39,556 nt of DNA from a virus (taxonomy: Duplodnaviria > Caudoviricetes). The position numbers and the translations under genes were made by a program. Positions 1-7,900 of this stretch are shown here, piece after piece (positions within the stretch are counted from its first letter, which is position 1; each line of letters opens with the position of its first letter). The notes under the pieces were generated by a model. The model ran no database searches and was not told the DNA's origin. It saw only the letters and a program-made list of their open reading frames with translations. The DNA is taken from the IMG/VR virus record IMGVR_UViG_3300007511_000050, positions 1-39,556 of that record. The stretch is one strand, 5' to 3'.

Positions 1-81
1 TACGCTAAGAAGATGGTACGACCTGATATGTACGGTCTTGTTGTTGTTCGTGGCCTTCTTGGCGAGGCAGGCGCTAGCTAA
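1..81 (+). CDS. Major capsid protein, 3' end (T4 gp23-like, partial)
   Basis: Frame 1 reads YAKKMVRPDMYGLVVVRGLLGEAGAS*, resembling the (TR)YAKKM..PD.YG C-terminus of gp23-like capsid proteins. It is followed by a terminator and then neck genes. Confidence 0.75.
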   Translation, partial: YAKKMVRPDMYGLVVVRGLLGEAGAS

Positions 82-114
82 TAGCTAACCGCAACACGCA
101 ATAGCGAAAGAATT

Positions 115-152
115 AAGCCCCACCATTAACTTGGTGGGGCTTTTCTTTTTTT
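115..152 (+). terminator. Rho-independent terminator after the capsid gene
   Basis: Stem AAGCCCCACCA / TGGTGGGGCTT with a 6-nt loop, followed by a T-tract. Confidence 0.9.
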
Positions 153-157
153 GAGAT

Positions 158-167
158 ACTATTTATA
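158..167 (+). promoter_or_regulatory. Candidate late promoter motif ACTATTTATA
   Basis: Recurring intergenic motif upstream of structural genes (also 705, 1119, 4522, 4787, 10895). Confidence 0.55.
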
Positions 168-218
168 ATGAAAAGGTAAGGCGAATTACCTCTAAGATTT
201 AAAAGGAGATTTTATAAA

Positions 219-638
219 ATGGCAAAATTAGGAAGATACGCGGCACAAAGAAGAAAGGTTGAAACCTTGACCGCAACTGGAAAGACTATCACAGTAGCAG
301 ACTGCGGAACGGAGTTCTTGGTAATACAAAACGGCACCGCCGCAGTTGAGCATACTTTACCCAGTGTTGCAGCTGCCGGTCAAGGATGGTGGTGTGCATT
401 TACACTAAAAACTGCTGTTGCACACGATGACGCGGATGTTAATATTGCCTCTGCAGATGGAGCCGTTATTAGCGGAGTTGAAGTATCAGACGCAGCTGCT
501 CCAATCGCTAACCAGACAAAGGTTATCATTGAGGGCAACAACGCCGCAGTCGGCACTAGAGTAGAAATTTGGACAGATGGCTCTCGTTGGTACGTGACGA
601 CAGCAGCACCAGAAGACGCTGATATCACAACATCATAA
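219..638 (+). CDS. Hypothetical virion protein (possible head decoration protein)
   Basis: AAAGGAG RBS, 139 aa rich in Ala/Thr/Val with beta-strand character, located directly after the capsid gene. Function inferred from position only. Confidence 0.55.
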   Translation: MAKLGRYAAQRRKVETLTATGKTITVADCGTEFLVIQNGTAAVEHTLPSVAAAGQGWWCAFTLKTAVAHDDADVNIASADGAVISGVEVSDAAAPIANQTKVIIEGNNAAVGTRVEIWTDGSRWYVTTAAPEDADITTS

Positions 639-664
639 TAAATAACTCGCCTTATAACAGAAAC

Positions 665-700
665 AACCCCTCTTCCAACAGGAAAGGGGTTTTTCTATTT
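665..700 (+). terminator. Rho-independent terminator
   Basis: AACCCCT-C-TTCC/AACA/GGAA-AGGGGTT bulged stem followed by TTTCTATTT. Confidence 0.75.
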
Positions 701-704
701 CTAA

Positions 705-714
705 ACTATTTATT
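705..714 (+). promoter_or_regulatory. Candidate late promoter motif ACTATTTATT
   Basis: Same motif, placed between the terminator and the AAAGGAG RBS of ORF 736. Confidence 0.55.
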
Positions 715-735
715 ACATAAACGAAAGGAGTTACC

Positions 736-1098
736 ATGGGTAAACGAAGAAAGCGCCTTACAATGGCCAAATACGCAAAGAAGTATGCAAAAAAGAGGGC
801 AGCAATAGGTTTCAGTCTCGGAAAGGTTCAAGAAACAGTAAAGGAAGCAGTATCAGATGCAGTTGAGACTGTTCTGGAAGCAGCTGTCGATGTTGCAGAG
901 AAGGTAGAAGAGGTTCTTGATCAGACTCAAGAGAAGATCAATGCTTTAAAATTCATAAATGAAGAGGAAACTGTTCAAGTCGAAGAGCCAAAGGTCGAAG
1001 AGCCAAAGCCTACAAAGAAAAAGACCGCGCCAACCAAAAAGAAAACTACTTCTACAACGCGCAGAAGACGAACCACAAAAACAAAAACAGACACCTAG
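736..1098 (+). CDS. Hypothetical protein with basic termini and acidic core
   Basis: AAAGGAG RBS. Lys/Arg-rich N-terminus, Glu/Val-rich middle, K/T/R-rich C-terminal tail. Confidence 0.65.
   Translation: MGKRRKRLTMAKYAKKYAKKRAAIGFSLGKVQETVKEAVSDAVETVLEAAVDVAEKVEEVLDQTQEKINALKFINEEETVQVEEPKVEEPKPTKKKTAPTKKKTTSTTRRRRTTKTKTDT
979..1008 (+). repeat. Perfect 15-bp tandem duplication GTCGAAGAGCCAAAG x2 (VEEPK x2)
   Basis: Read directly from the sequence. Confidence 0.9.
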
Positions 1099-1159
1099 GT
1101 GAAATGCGGTCCCAAACAACTAGTTATATTGATAAACTATAACTTGTGAGGGACCATGA

Positions 1160-2419
1160 ATGTCTTTGCCAACTTTAACACCATCCAGCACACTTTCTGC
1201 TGTGGTGCTTCCTATTACGGGTACAGCATCAAATGTAAACGCCGCTGTACCATATAAAATATACTCTGACCCACTGGCGCCTCTGTATTCTGAAGAATTC
1301 ATGACAGGAGCAGTAGATCAGGTTTCTTATGTTTACAAAAAGCTCGGCGGTGATATACTTGACATTGAAATAACCGAAGGAAACGTTTATGCAGCGTACG
1401 AAGAATCAGTACTGGAGTATTCTTACCTGGTTAATGTACACCAGGCATCAAATGTCCTATCATATACTCTTGGCAACACCACCGGTAGCTTTGATTCAAA
1501 GGGCAACATAGAGTCGGGTGATCTTTCGTCTTCACTTGGCGGCACTCACGTTGCCTTGAAGTATCCTAAGTTTGATTATAGCTTGTCTAGAAAGGTCGGA
1601 CAAGGCGCCGGCGCAGAAGTGGGTTTAAATGGTTCAGTTCAATTTTCAGCTTCAGTTAGTATAACGTCAAGCGTCCAAGATTACAATTTACAGACAATTA
1701 TAGAGAACTCAGAACAATATTCAGGATCCGTTAATGGTAAGAAGATTCTTATAAAGAAAGTCTTCTATAAGACTCCGCATGCGATGTGGAGATTTTTTGG
1801 ATATTACGGTGGTCTCAATGTTGTGGGCAATTTACATAATTATGGCCAGTTTTCAGACGACTCGACATTTCAATTGATACCGGCTTGGCACAACAAGGCT
1901 CAAGCCATGGCGTTTGAAGACGCGATATACACCAGGATGTCTCATTTTTCCTATGAGTTAAGGAATAACAACCTAAGATTACATCCGATACCCCATAAGG
2001 GCGGCCCAAGTAAAATGTGGGTAGAGTTTTCAATAGCCACAGACGCATGGGATAACACAGATACGGAAACCGATGGTATTAACAACATGAATACTCTTCC
2101 AATAGGAAATCTGCCGTTTAACAACATAAATTCAATCGGCAAACAGTGGATCCGCCGCTTTGCCTTATCACTCTCTAAGGAGACTTTGGGACAAGTAAGG
2201 TCAAAGTTCGGCTCTGTACCTATTCCTGGCGACAATGTGTCTCTAAATGGGGCAGCGCTGCTCTCCGAAGCCAAAGCAGAGCAGGATAAGTTAAGAGAAG
2301 AGTTGAAGTCCACCTTGGCAGAGATGACATACGCTAAATTGATTGAGAAAGACGGAACTATATCAGACAATACAGAAAAGGTTTTAGATAAGGTACCTAA
2401 CTTTATCTTTGTGGGGTAA
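1160..2419 (+). CDS. Neck / head-tail adaptor protein (T4 gp13-like)
   Basis: C-terminal WIRRFALSLSKETLGQVRSKFGSVPIPGDNVSLNG resembles the gp13-family W..KY..AL.K..WG....KF...LPGG..LNG motif. N-terminal KKLGG..LDIEIT motif and gene order agree. Confidence 0.75.
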   Translation: MSLPTLTPSSTLSAVVLPITGTASNVNAAVPYKIYSDPLAPLYSEEFMTGAVDQVSYVYKKLGGDILDIEITEGNVYAAYEESVLEYSYLVNVHQASNVLSYTLGNTTGSFDSKGNIESGDLSSSLGGTHVALKYPKFDYSLSRKVGQGAGAEVGLNGSVQFSASVSITSSVQDYNLQTIIENSEQYSGSVNGKKILIKKVFYKTPHAMWRFFGYYGGLNVVGNLHNYGQFSDDSTFQLIPAWHNKAQAMAFEDAIYTRMSHFSYELRNNNLRLHPIPHKGGPSKMWVEFSIATDAWDNTDTETDGINNMNTLPIGNLPFNNINSIGKQWIRRFALSLSKETLGQVRSKFGSVPIPGDNVSLNGAALLSEAKAEQDKLREELKSTLAEMTYAKLIEKDGTISDNTEKVLDKVPNFIFVG

Positions 2420-2423
2420 TTAA

Positions 2424-2912
2424 ATGTCGGATGATAACAAATGGTCACAACCTGATGCACCACCTCCACCTCTCTTTACAGGAAAGAAGGAAAAAGACTT
2501 CGTAAAACAAGTTAACGACGAAGTTATAGAAAGAGTCGTTGGTCAAACTATCGCTTATTATCCTATAAGTTTGGACCACACCAATTTTCACAACATCTAT
2601 GGAGAAGCAATAGACAAAAACTTTCTAAACCCAGTTAGAGTATATGCTATGGTCAAATATGACTCGCAAAATACCACAACAACACCTCTCGGTGTTGACA
2701 GAATAGAGAAAATAACAGTTTTTTTCCACAAGAGAAGATTAACGGAAGATCAGGACCTTTTTGTTAGAGAGGGTGACTTCATACAGTACGGTCAACATTT
2801 TTACGAGATCTTAAGTCTTGTCGAACCTAAGTGGCTTTACGGTCAAGTGGAATCAAAATTTGAAATCGGCGCTACATGCGTGAGAGCTAGAGAGGGATTA
2901 TTTAATGTCTGA
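2424..2912 (+). CDS. Neck / head closure protein (T4 gp14-like)
   Basis: IYGEA..K.F and REGDFI motifs typical of head-closure proteins. Lies between gp13-like and gp15-like genes. Confidence 0.65.
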   Translation: MSDDNKWSQPDAPPPPLFTGKKEKDFVKQVNDEVIERVVGQTIAYYPISLDHTNFHNIYGEAIDKNFLNPVRVYAMVKYDSQNTTTTPLGVDRIEKITVFFHKRRLTEDQDLFVREGDFIQYGQHFYEILSLVEPKWLYGQVESKFEIGATCVRAREGLFNV

Positions 2913-4158
2913 CGGAAAGGTACCAGTAGAGGGTTCTTTGGTAAGGAAATTACACTTTGAGCCATCTACAATTGAAACAATTGACAGTTCTGTGTTAAAA
3001 TACTTTGAAAGCCTGGACCTTTTTGCTGACACAAACGAAGGTTGGCGAAAGGTTCCTATTGTGTGGGGTACTGCAGAACGCTCTTACCAAGTAAAGAAGA
3101 ATAAAGACATAAGAGACGCTCAGGGAATGCTTAAATTTCCGATCATCTCAATAAGAAGGACATCAGTGACTAAAGACATGGCCAGTAAGGGTGTATTTCA
3201 AGGGAACGTTCCAGGCCAACCAGACGAGCAAGGAGGCTCGTTACCGGTTTCTAGAGTAGTCTACCAGGAGAAAACCACAAAGTTCGCTTCAGCCGATGCT
3301 TTAAGGCTTCATGGACAAAGTAACTATCCTAGACCAAACCCAAAGATAGTGTATAGAACTATAGCCGCACCCATGCCGGTAAATGTTACTATAAATTATG
3401 AAATTACAATAAGAACAGAATATCAGCAACAAATGAACGATTTAATCTTGCCTTTTGTGACGATGCCTGGTACAATAAATTATATAAGGCTGTTTGAAGG
3501 TGAACATCGCTATGAAGGATTTATACAAGGAGAGTTCCAAAATGGAGATAACTTGTCAAACTTTTCATCAGAAGAAAGAAAGTTCGAAACCAAGATAACG
3601 CTAAAGGTGATTGGATATTTGGTAGGACAAGAAGACAATAGAGACAAACCTCATTATTCCGTGAGGGAAAATGCAGTAGAAGTTAAGATCCCAAGAGAAA
3701 GGATATCTTTGAATGAAATTCCAGACCATGAATTCGGAGCTTATTATGGTTTAGCTGGAATCAAAGACCCTGTGATATTATCTGGCTTCCCGGCGCCGTT
3801 TATATTTTCTAACGTGCCAGCTGTTGGTAGCGGAGGGGGATCAACCGCAGCATCTTCAACGTCTGAATCTAGCGTTTCAAGTAATATTGTGACGGATGGT
3901 AACTTTTCTCAAGTTTTAGCAGATAATTTAGTAATTAGAGAAGTACTTAAAGCAGACACGGATGGTGTCCCGAGTCCTGCAAATCAATTGACTATTACTG
4001 GAGCTACAGTTAGGGCAAACACAGAATCACTTTACGTGAACGGTGTCCTTCAGTCTGTAGGGGGAAGTAACGATTACACCATAAGTGGAAACGTAATAAC
4101 ATTAACTTATAATTTGGATGCAGATGATGCTGCATTCGTGACATACATAAAACAATAA
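2905..4158 (+). CDS. Tail terminator / sheath stabiliser (T4 gp15-like) with extra C-terminal beta domain
   Basis: KVPIVWG..ER, FPIISI.R and P.PVNVTINYEITI.T...QQMN motifs. A Ser/Gly linker is followed by a ~75-aa appended domain. Confidence 0.7.
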   Translation: MSDGKVPVEGSLVRKLHFEPSTIETIDSSVLKYFESLDLFADTNEGWRKVPIVWGTAERSYQVKKNKDIRDAQGMLKFPIISIRRTSVTKDMASKGVFQGNVPGQPDEQGGSLPVSRVVYQEKTTKFASADALRLHGQSNYPRPNPKIVYRTIAAPMPVNVTINYEITIRTEYQQQMNDLILPFVTMPGTINYIRLFEGEHRYEGFIQGEFQNGDNLSNFSSEERKFETKITLKVIGYLVGQEDNRDKPHYSVRENAVEVKIPRERISLNEIPDHEFGAYYGLAGIKDPVILSGFPAPFIFSNVPAVGSGGGSTAASSTSESSVSSNIVTDGNFSQVLADNLVIREVLKADTDGVPSPANQLTITGATVRANTESLYVNGVLQSVGGSNDYTISGNVITLTYNLDADDAAFVTYIKQ

Positions 4159-4173
4159 AGAAAGGAAAAAAAC

Positions 4174-4500
4174 ATGTCAGAACAAGAAACACAAAATGAA
4201 GAAGTAACCCAAGAAGAAGAGTCACAACCGGTTGATATTGTGGAAGTTGAATGGGAAGAGGTAAAGCAAATCGTCGCAGCACGAGACCGACGAGTTGAAA
4301 TAGATAATATTTTGGCCTCCATGATGCTTGAATATGAAAAAAAGAAGCAAAGTCTTCTCATAGAATCTCTACAAGTAGGAGACTACATGTATCAGCTAGG
4401 CCAAGAATTGAAAGATAAGAAAGCCATCAACGTAGAGGTTACATATCAGTTGACTTTGCCAAAAAATCCAGGAGAAAAAGCATACTTTGTCCGAAAGTAA
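4174..4500 (+). CDS. Hypothetical protein (acidic, coiled-coil)
   Basis: AAAGGA RBS, co-oriented, fills the gap between genes. No recognised motif. Confidence 0.6.
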   Translation: MSEQETQNEEVTQEEESQPVDIVEVEWEEVKQIVAARDRRVEIDNILASMMLEYEKKKQSLLIESLQVGDYMYQLGQELKDKKAINVEVTYQLTLPKNPGEKAYFVRK

Positions 4501-4562
4501 AATGATTATGTCTTGCGCGCCACTACTTAGTTATACATGAATGAATTAGGGAGCAATAATAC

Positions 4563-4775
4563 ATGTATACTACAAGCGACATAGGAATAGCAGCATATTT
4601 ACAGTTGAAAAAGTTTAAACTATTAGAGTGCAAACGTTTGGAAACTGGAAAATTTCATTTTGCTTTTGAAGATCCCGCCGGCGAATGTGCCCCTGCAGCC
4701 TTAGAGTTTTTAGATTCAGATTTTTGCAAATTTGACAACAATGTTAGAAACTTAAAGAAAATTCTCTTCTCTTGA
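4563..4775 (+). CDS. Small DUF5659-like protein
   Basis: YTTSDIGIAAYL...F.F pattern resembles DUF5659. GGGAG RBS. Confidence 0.5.
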   Translation: MYTTSDIGIAAYLQLKKFKLLECKRLETGKFHFAFEDPAGECAPAALEFLDSDFCKFDNNVRNLKKILFS

Positions 4776-4786
4776 ACTTATAAAAA

Positions 4787-4796
4787 ACTATTTATA
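4787..4796 (+). promoter_or_regulatory. Candidate late promoter motif ACTATTTATA
   Basis: Exact copy of the motif at 158, at the start of the AT-rich region before the giant gene. Confidence 0.55.
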
Positions 4797-4938
4797 AGCA
4801 GACGTTCGTTTTATCCCATAAATTCCTATCCAATCAAATTTATAACATTTAACATTTTTTCCCATCCTATAAAATAATATCAATTTATATTCAATTATAT
4901 TTTTTTATTGTCAAATTCATATATAGGAGGAAAAATAT

Positions 4939-7900
4939 ATGGCATATGAATTAGCAAATGCTATAGCTTCCGGATCAGCTGCACAAGACGTAGCGGGTTC
5001 TTCCAATGGTCAAGCTTCTGGTGGCCGTTTTAGTCCAAATGGTTCTAAAATAGCTGTTACCACTACTAGACAAGGCGGAGCCGGCTCCACAGATCAAGGT
5101 GTAGACTTTTACGTATCTTCAAGTGCAGACGGATGGCATCTTAATGCTTCGCTTGATTCTGATAGCGGAAACGCGATTAGACAGATTGTTTGGTACGATA
5201 CAGATACTGTTTTTGTAGTAGAAGGTAACACAACAGTAGTACAGTACAATTCAGGCTCCAGCGGAGGCTGGGCGCATCAGCGCCTGTCTGCGAATGTAGG
5301 CTTTACTGTAATGGACATAGTGTTTAACCCTAGTAAAACAAGAGCCCTTGTTTATGGTGCAACAGCCAAGCTATACGCATATACTGTTTCGGATTCAGGC
5401 GCCTGGTCGCTTGAAAAGAATTTCAGTCAAGTCGGTCACAAACCGAATGCAAACATCAATGATGTATCTTGGATAGATAATGATACATTTGTTGTAGGTG
5501 AACCAACAGCAAACACCAACAGAGGTGAGTTGCAGGTCTATCACTACAATGGAAGTTGGTCTAAGACCGAACAAGTAGCTGGTAGTGCTACAACTATAAA
5601 TCACTACTATTTAGGTGATTCTGTTACTTGGCACGCTTCTAGTAGTACCATAATCGCTGGTGCAACAATCGGCGCCGGCGGATCGACTACCGAAGGTGGT
5701 TTATTAATGATACCATCCAGTAGTGGATATGGTTTCTTGCCGGCTTCAAACCCTGGCTGGCATGGATACCAAGTAAATACAGATTCACTTAGTACAAACA
5801 ATAGTGGTCAACCAAGAAGAGCCTTGCCTTACGGCCTAGGCATAAGACAGGACCCTGAAAACGATAACGCGTTTTTAGGAGGATTCCAGTCTCAGACTGG
5901 TAGCCCTTTTGATGATGGTGTTATCTACACTTTAGAGTCTGGATCTTCAGAAGGTTGGAGAGTTACTCAGTTATACAACGATCACGCACATCACGTTGCA
6001 AGTGTTAATTTTAATATTGATCTTTATGATGGTACAGCTGTCACTAATAACAATATTCTTTATAATGCAGATGCAACATTTAAGGTATGGGCAATCGCAG
6101 AGTATAATCCACCCGATAATACGGGCCCTTCAGTTTCATCGGTAGCTATTACTAGTGCAACCAATGCACAAAACAGCACACTTAATGAGGGTGATGTTGT
6201 TAGTGTTACAGTGACTATGGACGAAGCAACTGTTGTTAATACAACAGGTGGTACCCCATACATAACTTTGAGTGTTGGCGGAGTCAGCAGAAACGCTAGC
6301 TATGCTAGTGGTACTGGTACGACTGCACTTATATTTCAGTATACGATTGCAAGTAGTGAAACTACAGATTCTGATGGTATATCTATCGGATCCAACGCGA
6401 TCGCACTAAATAGTGGAACCATGCAGGATGCTGCAGGTAACAACGCGACTATTACACATAGTGCAGTTTCGGCAAATTCATCTTTTAAGGTGGACACAAC
6501 GAAACCAACAATTAGTTCACTTTCGGTAGCAGCTAATAACTCTACCGTAACTGTTACTTTTGCAGAGGCTGTTTATGCAGGTTCTAACGGCACTGGTGAT
6601 TTAGTTGCAGCAGATTTTACCTTGGGTTTATCCGGGGGTAATCAAGCTAATATTAGTTTGAACGCGACACCATCCGGTATTTCAAAAACCAGTCAGAGTA
6701 TCTGGGTATTGACCCTTAATGGAACAGACCTAGACTCTATAGCGCTAGGAACAGAAACTTTATCAGTTGATGCAGCAAATAACACATCAATCTATGATTT
6801 AGCAGGTAACGCTCACACAGCCGCCGCGAGTACTGTATCTTTAAACAATACAGCAGCTATAGATGATGCAGTTACATCAACTATAGGCTCATCCGGAGGT
6901 ACTGTTAAGGCAGGTAATACTACCGTATCACCAGATGTTACAGTTACTATCCCTTCCGACGCACTATCGGGCAATGTCTCTATAGGTGCTAGCGTTGCAA
7001 CAGCTTTTGATCCAAAAACAGCTGGAGTCACGCAGGCTGGCGGCGCGGTGGGAGAATCGCTATCAGCAGTCATTAGATTAACACCCCATGGTCAAGCATT
7101 TGACCAAGCAGTTACAGTTCAGTTTAAGTTAGAGGGTTCCGCTGCAGGATCTTGCCCAACAAATCTAGAGATTTGGAAGAGAAATTCTGCAACTGGTGTT
7201 TGGTACCAGTTACCCAGTGATCTATGGAGCTGTTCAAGCGGAACAGTTTCAATTTCTACAACTAGTTTCAGCGATTTCGCTGCTTTAGGAGGTAATAACA
7301 TGGCTAGAACAAAGATAAATAACGTACAGTTGGCGCGTTTAGCAGAGTCCAACAAGGTCTTGCCAGAGGCCATTAACATTACTGGCTCCGCGGAATCTTT
7401 AGTAACATCTGTTAATGATTCCGACGTATTCATTCTCCAGCAAGCTGGAGCGCTCGCAAAACACGTCTCAGGTTCAGTACTTAAAAGTTATTTTGCAGGT
7501 GGTGGTGTTGATGTAACTGCATCTGCGGTTAATGAAAATTACAGATTGACGTTTGTTGATCACCAAGATACGTCACAAATCGGCCTTGCGGTGGATAGTG
7601 ACCTTCTTTATAATCCAAGTACCAATACTTTGACAGCGACGAAGCTTTCGTCCACAAACGTTGACGGTATTCTTGGTGCAAATAGTGCTGCTGCAGCAAC
7701 AGTGACTACATTATCTGCAACAGGTGATGTTGATCTTGGTAACGCAACATCCGATACCATCACAGCTACAGCTCGTTTTGATTCGGATCTTGTACCAAGC
7801 ACAGACTCAGCAAGAGACCTGGGTACATCTGCACTTCAGTGGGCAGAGGCACACATTGATGCAGGTTATATCGATGCAATTACTGTAACAGGTACTTCTA

